Source: Eledone cirrhosa (taxonomy: Eukaryota). Taken from it: a DNA stretch of 64,000 bases. Of the stretch, positions 29,254 to 40,347 are shown in pieces. Positions within the stretch are counted from its first letter, which is position 1, and each line of letters begins with the position of its first letter. The stretch is from contig OZ024740.1 in NCBI GenBank assembly GCA_964016885.1, positions 329,592,001-329,656,000 of the forward strand, read 5' to 3'. The position numbers and the translations under genes were made by a program. The notes under the pieces were generated by a model. That model made no database searches. It was given only the letters and a program-made list of their open reading frames with translations, and was not told the origin of the DNA.

Positions 29254-30705
29254 ATGGCAAAACAGACTCCCATGGGAAGGTGGATTGGGTGGACCAAAGC
29301 TATACGGACCCCCCAAAACTATGATCAGGTAAGAAAAATGGTCGCACATGCAATAGGGGCTAGTATCAAAATTACCCTAAAGGGCCACATATTTAAGTTC
29401 AATGAGAAAATCTACACCCAAAATGAGGGAGCAGCCATCGGCGTCAGCATAGCTGGTGATGTTGCCAACCTTTTCATGGTATGGTGGGAAAGGAGACTTA
29501 AAGATCTCCTTAATGAAAGCTCCATAGACCTCATCATGCACTCTCGTTATGTAGACGATATCAATATAGTTATAAGAACACCCCCACTAGAGAGCACTAA
29601 CAAGTTTGAATTAGAACGTAACACGATGGAAAGCATCCAGCAGATAGCTAATTCCATACACCAGAGTATAACTGTAACTATCGACTTCCCTTCCAAACAC
29701 CCTAACAATAGACTACCTGTATTAGACACAGAACTCTGGATTAATACTATAGACGAGAGAGCCCAAATTCTCCACTCACACTATGCTAAACCCATGGCCT
29801 CTAAATACCTGATACTCAAAAACTCAGCAATGTCCAGTAGTGCTAAGTTTAATATTCTGATCGCAGATTTGGTACGAGTGATGAAGAATGTGTCCAGCAT
29901 GTGCGACCCAACAGAAATGGAAAGACACATCCAACACTTCATCAACCGCATGCAGTTCTCTGGCTACAACCAAAGAGACAGAGTCAGAGTATACGAAGGA
30001 GCCATGGAAAAGTATAAGACCCTCATAGAACTGGACATGAAAGGAATTTGCCCATTATACAGGAGCAAATCATGGAATAGCTTAGATAGGGCTAGACATA
30101 AGATAGGGAAGGCCACATCATGGTACGACAACCAGAGATATCAGAGTGTCATGTTTGTGGACGCCACCCCTGGAGGGAAATTAGCTAACCAGTGTAGAAA
30201 GGCCCTGAGAAAGACCCACTTAAAAATAAAGGTGGTAGAAAAGCCAGGAACCACCATAAAATTCCTGATCAGCAAAACCTACCCCTTTAAGAAAACCCAC
30301 TGTACCAATAGGAAATGTATCATATGTAAGGTGAACCCCCGGATAAACTGTAAAACTAGAAACATAGTCTATAGCATAAGATGTACAGAGGGTACTTGCA
30401 GAAACATGACAACAACATACATAGGCGAAACAGCTCGTAGCATAGGTGAAAGGATAGACCAACACTGGGGGGAACTAAAAGGACGAAAAAACGGGTCACT
30501 ACTATACGGACATGCTAGACAACAACATGTCGGTAACATAGACAACATAGAAATTAGAATAATATCTAAACATAGGAATGACCCAGCAGATAGGCAAATC
30601 AGAGAGGCCAGTGAAATAGAAATTAGAAGACCAAAGCTAAACAGAAAGAATGAGTGGAACAAGAACAACACCCAAACAAACAACACTGACCTAAGAGAAG
30701 TATAA
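29254..30705 (+). CDS. PLE reverse transcriptase (C-terminal part) + GIY-YIG endonuclease; frameshifted from the upstream piece
   Basis: 483-aa open frame with YVDD and GIY-YIG motifs. Confidence 0.85.
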   Translation: MAKQTPMGRWIGWTKAIRTPQNYDQVRKMVAHAIGASIKITLKGHIFKFNEKIYTQNEGAAIGVSIAGDVANLFMVWWERRLKDLLNESSIDLIMHSRYVDDINIVIRTPPLESTNKFELERNTMESIQQIANSIHQSITVTIDFPSKHPNNRLPVLDTELWINTIDERAQILHSHYAKPMASKYLILKNSAMSSSAKFNILIADLVRVMKNVSSMCDPTEMERHIQHFINRMQFSGYNQRDRVRVYEGAMEKYKTLIELDMKGICPLYRSKSWNSLDRARHKIGKATSWYDNQRYQSVMFVDATPGGKLANQCRKALRKTHLKIKVVEKPGTTIKFLISKTYPFKKTHCTNRKCIICKVNPRINCKTRNIVYSIRCTEGTCRNMTTTYIGETARSIGERIDQHWGELKGRKNGSLLYGHARQQHVGNIDNIEIRIISKHRNDPADRQIREASEIEIRRPKLNRKNEWNKNNTQTNNTDLREV

Positions 30706-30975
30706 ATAAGTAAATCAAATAAAATAAAATAAGATAAATAAATACATACACAAGCACAATAACAACAAGCACATAAACACACACTAGTCCCCCAGCAGAC
30801 ACAACACTATACACACTAGTCACACAGCAAACGTAACACTATACACACACGCAAACGCATGCGCAAAGAAGACAAAATAAAATAAACAAACAAGCAAATA
30901 AATAAATAAATATATAGACAGACTGAATAAAAGATGGCGTAGACATACAACACAACAGGAGGAAAAAAAAATATA

Positions 30976-31018
30976 ACACGACTGACGATGTTGCAGATGT
31001 GCAACGAAAGATTTATGT
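30976..31018 (+). ncRNA. Hammerhead-like motif in the PLE 3' UTR
   Basis: CTGACGA-T-GTTGCA-gatg-TGCAAC-GAAA-GATTTA; perfect stem II with one extra nt after the core; stem I weak. Confidence 0.55.
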
Positions 31019-31461
31019 AAATTATGTAAACTATATATATGTGTTTGTGTCTATATTGTATCTGTATTATTTTTGACCGTCGGTCAGTCAATGGCAACAT
31101 TGAGGACCGATTAAGTTAGATCGCAGATATAAAAGACAGCGAGAAGCGAAAACCAACCAAACAGTGAGTGTGTTCTGTTATTAATTCTGGCAATATTACA
31201 CAAATATGACCCTCCCCAAGTATAACAATATATATATATACATATATATATATAGATATAGATATATATATATATAAATATATATATATATGTATGTATG
31301 TATGTATAGCAGATATACTTATATATACGTACACACATACGTACATATATACATATGGCTAGGAATTCAGTCCACGCTTTGCTATTTCCTATCCACTGAA
31401 TTATTATTTTTTAATAAGTTTCCGGTGTCCTCGCCTTGCCTCGTAAGTTGGATGAAAATAG

Positions 31462-31543
31462 ACTTCCCTGACGACGGAATGCTTTTCAATATCTTCTTCG
31501 GAAAATATATTTACTCCATTCCAGAAACTAATTAGTTGGAAGT
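31462..31543 (+). ncRNA. Hammerhead ribozyme, repeat 1
   Basis: ACTTCC-CTGACGA-cGGAATG...CATTCCa-GAAA-CTAATTAG-TT|GGAAGT; 6-bp stem I, palindromic stem III. Confidence 0.85.
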
Positions 31544-31986
31544 GATATTTTAGTAAGTAGGTTAATTTTATAATTTTCTTATTTTACGTTTCTCATATTA
31601 TTGTTCTGCAACCCCATGCATTGAACCACAATGTTACTAAGACAAAACCTATATATTTGCTAGCATTGATATGCATCTGTATGTATATATATGTTACTAG
31701 ATATAAGTCCTTTATAATTATCTCCAAATTATTTGTCGAGCAATATTGGCCATGACTGCTGCTATAGTAGTAGGCAGGCGGCTGTCTTATTAGCAAACCA
31801 CTTTCCACTGATTGACCTCGATGTCACCTGATTGATTCTTTTTGAATTTGCCACAGACGTAGAGGCAGTGATTTTCTCAATGGCTAGGAATTCAGTCCAC
31901 GCTTTGCTATTTCCTATCCACTGAATTATTATTTTTTAATAAGTTTCCGGAGTCCTCGCCTTGCCTGGTAACTTGGATGAAAATAG

Positions 31987-32068
31987 ACTTCCCTGACGAC
32001 GGAATGCTTTTCCGTATCTTCTTCGGAAAATATATTTACTCTATTCCAGAAACTAATTAGTTGGAAGT
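31987..32068 (+). ncRNA. Hammerhead ribozyme, repeat 2
   Basis: Same fold as 31462-31543; stem II GGAATG/TATTCC keeps a G-U pair. Confidence 0.85.
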
Positions 32069-32284
32069 GATATTTTAGTAAGTAAGTTAATTTTATAATC
32101 TTCTTATTTTACGTTTCTCATATATATATATATATATATATATGTAGAAGGGGTATTTAATTTGTTGGAAATCCGACAAATATAAATATAAATGTTTATA
32201 ACTGATTTAGAGCACTCAACAGTTTCCTGGAGTAAATATTCAATGATATTAAATAAATGGAAACTATATTTATAAAACCATATT

Positions 32285-32347
32285 TATTTTATTATATACA
32301 TTTCAATGGTACTAAAACACTTTGGTATGCTTTCTTCAGATAAAATA
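32285..32347 (-). ncRNA. Hammerhead ribozyme, sense to the PLE ORF
   Basis: ttttat-CTGAAGA-AAGcatacc...gtaccATT-GAAA-TGTATATA|ataaaa. Confidence 0.7.
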
Positions 32348-34833
32348 CAAAGTTTGTTTTATAAATAGAGACATACCCTTATCAGTTGGATATCCTCTGG
32401 ATCGTTCAAATGTATTAGGGATTTTTCAAGCTTTTGGGTGAATGTGCAAATGAATATGTAAATAATTGAAAAACAACCGTTTTTTAAACGACTATGAAGA
32501 GAGAGAAGAGAAGAAGGATAAAATAGTGAGAGAGAGAAGAAGGAAAAGAGCGAAGATGAATAAAAAAACTCATATAATGTAAATTTGAGGGAAATATATT
32601 CGAACAATTATCTATGTATATATGTAAGTGTATATCTTAATAGTATGTGTATTTATATTAAAGGGATATTTTACGATTATTAGTTGTTTAAAATTTGTTT
32701 ATAATATTATATTTTTCTTCTGTTATAAGGAGATAAATAAATAAATAAATAAATAAATGAATAAATAAATAAATATTTAGATGGGTATATCATGTTATAG
32801 ATACTTATTCTAATGAGTTATGAGGGATATTTGTTTTGTATTTTATGTAAATAAATATGTATTTAAAATTAAATTAAATTAAATTTAATTAAATTAACTG
32901 AGTTAAGTAAGAATATTTATATTCATATGATTGAAAAGGGAATATAAGGAAAAAACTCCGGTTTTATTTATTTATTCGTTTGTGTGAGACTATTTAGTCA
33001 AAATAAGTATGGATATTTAAGCTACATTTCGACAGAATCACTTAGTGGTTATTAATCTATTGAAAAAATATTGAAAACATTTTCAGAAAATATTGAAAAA
33101 ATATTGAACAAATATTGAAAAAGTTTAGAAAAAATGTTTAAAATTTGTTTGAGACAATAAAAAGAAAAAAAAAATGTTAAGAGATAAGTAATTTTTATTA
33201 AAATTAAAATTTTAAGAGATAAGTAATTTTTATTAAAATTAAAATTTTAAAAAATTAGAATTATATACGTATATATTATATGAAAATTTGTAAGAAGTGT
33301 AAGTACAGCAACTATTGGAGATATTATGATTTAGATATATCAATATATTAAAACCAAGTAGATGAGATCGTTATGGAGATTAATAGGAATATTATAAGTG
33401 TAATTATAAGTTATATATAGTTCTAAATGTTGAATTCTGGCGATGTCTACAAGAATTAAATAAATTCGTTCTTAGATTAATAGAGTTTTTACAGTTAAGT
33501 ATATAAAATTTACCTCAATACTCAATTTGCAGAATCTAGATAAAGCTGTGTTTCGGTACGTGGGTGCTTTGAAACTGTTTCCCAAGCTAATGAATAGTCT
33601 ATATTCTTGCATTTTAAATTCCATATCAGGTTTGAAAGAGAAGTTGAAGATTTTTTATCAAATCTTCAGAAAGAAAAATTGTGGTTATTCAAGCGAATTT
33701 TAAATTCCGTAGAAGTGGCACCGACAGAGTTAAATATATTATCACTAGTTTTAACTGTGAATTTATAGACCACGTTTTTATCTAAACACTTATTTTGTAA
33801 AGGACAGTTTAATTTAATTCTACAGTTACATTTTACTTATACTTAAAATATTCCTATTTTGCATATACTTATAATATTCCTATTAATCTCCATAACAATC
33901 TCATCTACGTGGTTTTAATATATTGATATCTCTAAATCATAATATCGCTAACATTTTCTGTGCTTCCACTTCTCAAAAGTGTTCATATAATATATACGTA
34001 TATCATTCTAATTTTTATAAATTTTAATTTTAATAATGTTTTATTTCTATAAAAATTACTTATCTCTTAAAAAATTATTTAAAAAAAACTTTTTTTAAAT
34101 TAAAAAAAACATTTTTTTTTATTTTCTCAAAACATTTTTTCAAACTTTTTTTTATAAAATTCAAAAAAATATGTTCAATATTTTTTCAATATTTTTTCAA
34201 TATTTTCTCAATATATTTTCAATATTTTTTCTAACCGATTCTGGCGAAACATCCATACTTATTTTGACTAAATAGTCTCACACTAACGAATAAATAAATA
34301 AAACCGGAGTGTTTTCCTTATCATCCCTTTTCAATCATATAAATATAAATATTGTTACTTAACTCAGTTAATTTAATTTAATATAATGTTAAATCATTCT
34401 CAATTTTAAATACATATTTATTTACATAAAATACAAAACCAATATCCCTCATAACTCAGTAGAACAATTATCTATAACATGATATACTCATCTATTTATT
34501 TTTTTATTTATTTATCTACTTATAACAGAAGAAAAATATATACATAGATAATTGTTCGAATATATTTCCCTCAAATTAACGTTATATGACTTTTTTCATT
34601 CATCTTCGCTTTTTTCCTTCTTCTCTCTCTCTCTCTCAGTATTTTCTGAATTCTTCTCTTCTCTCTCTCCATATTCGTTTAAATAAACGGTTGTTTTTCA
34701 ATTATTTACATATTCATTTGTATATTCACTAATAAGTTTGAAAAATCCCTAATACATTTTCACTATCCAGAGAATATCCAACTGATAAGGCATGCTTTTC
34801 CTGGGTATGTCTCTATTTATAAAACAAACTTTG

Positions 34834-34894
34834 TATTTTATCTGAAGAAAGCGTACCAAAGTGATTTGGTACCATGACATATATACATAAAATA
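34834..34894 (+). ncRNA. Hammerhead motif, probably inactive (GAAA to GACA)
   Basis: CTGAAGA-AAGcGTACCAAA-gtga-TTTGGTAC-cat-GACA-TATATAC. Confidence 0.55.
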
Positions 34895-35019
34895 AATATG
34901 GTTTTATAAATATAGTTTCCATTTATTTAATATAATTGTATATATATATATATATATATGTGTGTATAAATTAAAAAGTTACAAAGGCGCTGTGAGTTTT
35001 CTAATAAACATTATTATAT

Positions 35020-35207
35020 AGGCGGTGAATTGGCAGTATCGGTAGAGGGTTAGTCGCCATGCTTTCTAGCATAGTTACGTCCCTTTACAGTCTGAGTTCA
35101 AATCCCGTCGAGGTTAACTTTGCTTTCATTCTTACGGGGTCGATAAAATAAAGTACCAGTAATGCACTGGTTAATTTGCTGGCCTTGTGCCAAATGTAGA
35201 AATAATT
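35020..35207 (+). mobile_element. SINE, full-length copy
   Basis: ggcggtgaattggcagtatcggtagag (A-box-like)...gagttcaaatccc (B-box)...gtagaaataatt. Confidence 0.88.
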
Positions 35208-35443
35208 ATTATATAGAAAAGTTTAGAGAAACACAAACATAAACACAAGTAAAATTCCCGCTCACTAGCTGTCTTCTATGCATCACTGATGTTGCGAATG
35301 CATTAAAGATAGTACATCTGACGATAGTGCGGTGATAACTAAAAGCGATAGTTATCTGAAAAAAAACCCAACAACATAAATAACACAGACGATAACGAAA
35401 ACAAGAAAACAAACAAAGACATAGCGATAGAGAAGTGAAACAC

Positions 35444-35481
<38 letters not shown>

Positions 35482-35524
35482 CTTATATATCTAAAATCAC
35501 GAAGCCAAGCGATTTCGTATACTC

Positions 35525-35574
<50 letters not shown>

Positions 35575-37091
35575 TAGATAGATAATTTAATATATATCTA
35601 CTAACATAAGCGCACAGATGTACGCTAATGCCAGCAAATACACAGGTTATGTCATAGTACCTAGGTGGTTCAATGCAGGAGGATGCAGAACAATAATATA
35701 AAAGACGTGAAATAAGAAAATTAAAAAAAAAAAAAAATTTTTTTTTAAATTAACTTACTTAAATTTTCACTTTTTTACGTCTTTTATATATATATATATA
35801 TAAATAATTATCTATTAAGTACATACATTTAACTACATGCCTATGTATACATGTGCATGTGTTCGCATATTTCAATGCATTCATCTATCCGTAAATCTAT
35901 GCAGATATACATCCGTTAATTTGTCTCTTTTTCGTCCTGCTTGTATATTTTCATTTCAAATTTTCGGCGCTTTAACTCATTATCATAGAAAAAAAACGAA
36001 ATCACTTACACAATATTAAATTGGAATTTGCTACAGTTTTCCGCTTGTTATTTACAACAAAATATCACGAAAACAATAATATTTGAAGACATTACCAAAT
36101 CTTCTGTAACCAACCGTTTTTAAGTATTAGATCAATGACTGGCATCTTTTTATGCACCAATGAAGATTACTATGTTTTAAATTAACTTTCGGTTTTTGCT
36201 TGAATAATTATTTCATCAGTTGACATGTTATCATAACTCCGTAAGAATACCGCCTACTCCAAATGGTAATAAATATTTCTCGTTTATTGACTCTCGTTTC
36301 ACTACTCTATTGATTTTTGGGACGTAAAATGGCAAACTAAACCATTAGAAGAAAAAAGTGCAATCAATATTGTCATTGTATACTGCATTGCGGAAATATT
36401 ATTTATGTTTTCTGGGTACATAAAGATTAATAAGTGCATATTACTAGGCTACATTCAGATGATATGAAATTAATATATATTTAAGGTTCACTACTTTAAA
36501 TTTTGTCTATAAAACTGCTATTCATTTAACCAGGCATGATTAACAAAGAAAGAAACAGATTCAGATAACCGTTGGGCCTACTTAACAAAGGTATAACAAC
36601 AAATCTATAGTGAATTTGAGATATTAAGCTTATGCGATGTCTTATCATATAGGACAAACATAATTAAATAATGTTATTGCATTAATAAATCGAAACACAT
36701 CTCATGAGTCCATAATAAAATAAAATATTTTGTTTCAAACAAATAATTTCTTTCAATCTAGAGGATAAATTATTGAGGTAGAAAGATTAGAAACTCCCTT
36801 TCAAAGTGAACGGATTATTCGACTTTCAAATTATTTCAAAGACAATCTAATATATTTGATCAGGGTACGTATAACAAGGTACTAGATCTAAAGAAATATA
36901 TATTAAAAAAGATTTAATTTTCAATTAACACAAAATATTATGGAGAATATATTGTCCTCTGTAGAGGAAAATTTCCATTATCTAACGGTTGCCTATATAA
37001 ATATCATGTAAAAAACAATACAAATACACACATGTACACGCACGCACGCACATACAAACACATGCACACACACACGCACACACACATACAT

Positions 37092-37130
<39 letters not shown>

Positions 37131-37799
37131 ACGCCCGGTCGACTAACTCACTCGATATGCAAATTAGGCTGCTCAGCCGTTAATATGCATAAGGAAATTA
37201 TATACTTTCAGACGTTCAATCATCTGGCAGGAAGGTATACGATGCTAACCATAGCTAATAAGCGTGAAACTAGTACAGCGTTTCTTTGTCAGCGTTGAAC
37301 AAAAAGGCGACGATGGTTGCCTGAACACTGTACGGCGTAATTCGGGCTGGTTGTTTGTTTACAAACAAACCGAATATTATAATAAATGTTCGGTAAACCG
37401 ATACGTACATATATATATATATGTGCATGTATGTATATATATATACATACTACTGTACGTCTGTATACATATATGTATGTACGTATACATACATATTTAC
37501 ATTTAAGTATCAGCCGTACTAAGAGTGAGAAATGAAATTTCGTTTCATTTTTTCCATTTATATAATGTATATATATATATATATATATTTCGTTTCTGAA
37601 TTTGTTTAGCAAGATTATTTATCTGAAATCGTGTGTTGAAACCGATATTGTTATACTTTGGGAGGGTCATGTTGCCAATAAGAAACACACGCACCAGTTG
37701 TTTCACTTCAATTTATTATAATAAATTTATAATAAATTTATAAATTTATAAATTTCTGGTTGGTTGGTTGGTTCCACAACCAGATAGTTGTTTATATAT

Positions 37800-37844
37800 A
37801 GTCATAGTTCTTTCGTCACACACTCTGTGACCTCTTCAGTGACT
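37800..37844 (-). ncRNA. Hammerhead motif (H2, left arm)
   Basis: Exact reverse complement of 37953-37997. Confidence 0.7.
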
Positions 37845-37952
37845 GGGGATTCCTTTCTTTGTTTCTGTGCCTCTCCTTTGTTCTGTCTTACGCCAACAAA
37901 ATGGCGTAAGACAGAACAAAGGAGAGGCACAGAAACAAAGAAAGGAATCCCC

Positions 37953-37997
37953 AGTCACTGAAGAGGTCACAGAGTGTGTGACGAAAGAACTATGACT
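37953..37997 (+). ncRNA. Hammerhead motif (H2, right arm)
   Basis: AGTCA-CTGAAGA-G-GTCACA-gagtg-TGTGAC-GAAA-GAACTA|TGACT. Confidence 0.7.
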
Positions 37998-38149
37998 ATA
38001 TATAAACAACTATCTGGTTGTGGAACCAACCAACCAACCAGAAATTTATAAATTTATAAATTTATTATAAATTTATTATAATAAATTGAAGTGAAAGCAA
38101 CTGGTGCATGTGTTTCTTATTGGCAACATGACCCTCCCAAAGTATAACA

Positions 38150-38260
<111 letters not shown>

Positions 38261-38884
38261 AAACAAATAGAGGTGTGACACACGAGTTGTGATATGTTAG
38301 TAAAAAGGAAAAGAAAATGCTGACAAATTCTTCCCAGTGAAAAATAGTTTAATTAGGAATAAGTATACATTAGTAATAAGTATTGGTTAGTATTCAGTTT
38401 TAGACAATCTGGACACTCACATACACCTTGGTGTTATGACAATACTATACATCATTTCACCTCTTTTATTATTGATGTTTTTGATGTTCTTTTGAGAGAA
38501 TCGTTTTAGCAAATGACTGAAAATATTGAACTATGTACACCATTTTTACCAGTATCACAAAAATACTAGTCGATCCACATACACACACACACACACACAT
38601 ACACACATATACACACACACACATACACACACACATACACACGCGTAAAATATTACATTTGGAAGTGCTCAACATTATTGGAGCATTATTTCTTTAGGTT
38701 TGTTGGTTCACCACTGGATAGATTTGGTCATTCCGTATGGTGAAACTTGGTGTAATATTGTAGAGAGTACTCAACGTAGTGCAGTTCACCCGTCTTCGTT
38801 TGTAGTTGGTGGTGCGAATACGAAGTTAATTATAAATAAAAATAACAGGAGGCTGGACTGGTGTAAATCCTTGAAAGGTTTATT

Positions 38885-38942
38885 ACACTATGATCATTTC
38901 AATGACCGGGTTCCATATGAATCCGGTGATATCATCAGGTAT
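38885..38942 (-). ncRNA. Hammerhead ribozyme (H3, left arm)
   Basis: ATAC-CTGATGA-tatcACCGG..CCGGTcatt-GAAA-TGATCATA|GTGT. Confidence 0.8.
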
Positions 38943-39190
38943 TCGAAATATAACAAAGGAATATGTAAAAACCATGGGTCCGAACAATCAGAGACAGAGA
39001 GGACGTCTTTGACGGAGAGTGGTAGTACATTATAAGCCTTCTCCCCCTCACCAGCTGGTCATTAGCAGACCGAGTTGCCACCACTTTCAGGGCGACTGGC
39101 CGCGGTGAAAGCAGCTATTTGGTCAGTCGTCCTCTCTGTCTCTAATTTTTCGGACCCATGGTTTTTACATATTCCTTTGTTATATTTCAA

Positions 39191-39248
39191 ATACCTGATG
39201 ATATCATCGGATTCATATGGAACCCGGTCATTGAAATGATCATAGTAT
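39191..39248 (+). ncRNA. Hammerhead ribozyme (H3, right arm)
   Basis: ATAC-CTGATGA...GAAA-TGATCATA|GTAT; stem III palindrome ATGATCAT. Confidence 0.8.
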
Positions 39249-39461
39249 AATAAATCTTTCAAGGATTTACACCAGTCCAGCCTCCTGTTATTTTTATTTA
39301 TAATTAACTCCGTATTCGCACCAGCAACTACACAAACGAAGACGGGTGAACTGCACTACGTTTAGTACTCTCTACAATATTACACCAAGATTGACCATAC
39401 GGAATGACCAAATCTATCCAGTGGTGAACCAACAAACCTAAATATATATATATATTATATA

Positions 39462-39584
39462 TACAACAAAGGAATTGTGGTAAGGAACCAAATGGACCAT
39501 AACGCATTAGAGTACTCAATACATAAGGTAGTAGAGTGGGAAATAGGAAAACGTATGACCCCGACGGCAGAGCTCAAGCCGTTT

Positions 39585-39590
<6 letters not shown>
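39462..39590 (-). mobile_element. Tiny tail-bearing element (family of 59924-60117)
   Basis: Colinear with 59924-60045; TA-flanked. Confidence 0.8.
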
Positions 39591-39634
<44 letters not shown>

Positions 39635-40291
39635 AAAGCGCGGCGAAACATATATTATCACGGTTTACAGCTGATGAAGATGTATTCTCTTGTTTCGTCC
39701 ATATTACCATCTTAAACTTTGTTTACAGTAACCACACAGCTCGTTTCGTTTCTTATAATTTTGTATATATATATAAATATGTGTGTGTGTATGTGTGTAT
39801 GTGTGTGTCTGTGTGTGTATGTAAAGCTTATATACAAACGGAAGGAAAGGAGAAGACAAAAGAATGGTTGGTAAAAACGAAGACACAAAATACAAATTAC
39901 ATGCAAACCATTATACACATTAACATCGAAATATTCACACACAAATACAAATCCAAATACACACACACACTCACAAACATACACACTACCCAACATTGAA
40001 ATTGAAAAATAGTCTCAGCTGTGAAAAGCAATATATGAAATCCCAAATTATGTTTAGTTCATGTATAATATTCAGACGTTGAAATAAACATTTTTTGGAT
40101 AGGTAGGAAAATTATGATCTATATTAGATACACTTGGACATGCACATATATAAACTTGGATTCACATCCACACAGAAACACACATGCACTCATATATGTG
40201 TATTATACACTTTAGACACATGTGTGTATTAGTGGATTCGTTTATATGTTTGAATGGGTAAGTATCTTATGTAATTATGCATTCATGATGC

Positions 40292-40346
<55 letters not shown>

Positions 40347-40347
<1 letters not shown>

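Larger units (their letters stand above)
27842..31232 (+). mobile_element. 5'-truncated Penelope-like element (second lineage) with inverted copy of its 3' end
   Basis: ORFs 28787-29248 and 29254-30705: YGLRKDHK..RPV, SMDVVSLYPSI, EGAAIG, SRYVDD, LPVLD, CTNRKCIIC linker, IVYSIRC..YIGETARSIGERIDQH GIY-YIG. Arm 28117-28692 is nearly identical to the reverse complement of 30628-31203. Confidence 0.92.
31355..32121 (+). mobile_element. Non-coding retrozyme-like element: two ~240-bp direct repeats, each with a hammerhead, 525-bp period
   Basis: 31355-31596 repeats at 31880-32121; TA-rich flanks. A related tail+hairpin copy lies on minus at ~35605-35790. Confidence 0.85.
32143..34935 (-). mobile_element. 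Decayed PLE 3' half with inverted duplication; parent of family H1
   Basis: Arms ~32252-33400 / 33866-34928. The centre on minus translates to KCNCRIKLNCPLQNKCLDKNVVYKFTVKT..SVGATSTEFKIRLNNH (GIY-YIG; missing from the ORF track). Termini match H1; tail 32143-32250. Confidence 0.85.
38645..39442. mobile_element. Fold-back twin-hammerhead element (family H3)
   Basis: Arms ~38692-39005 / 39128-39442; ~120-bp spacer; tail 38645-38691. Confidence 0.9.

Noticed and set aside
28220-31100. Identical 94-aa ORFs at 28220-28504 (+) and 30816-31100 (-)
   Set aside because: Antisense reading of the duplicated PLE 3' UTR; low complexity.
37155-37165. Octamer ATGCAAAT as a snRNA-type promoter element
   Set aside because: Expected by chance in AT-rich DNA; no snRNA recognisable nearby.
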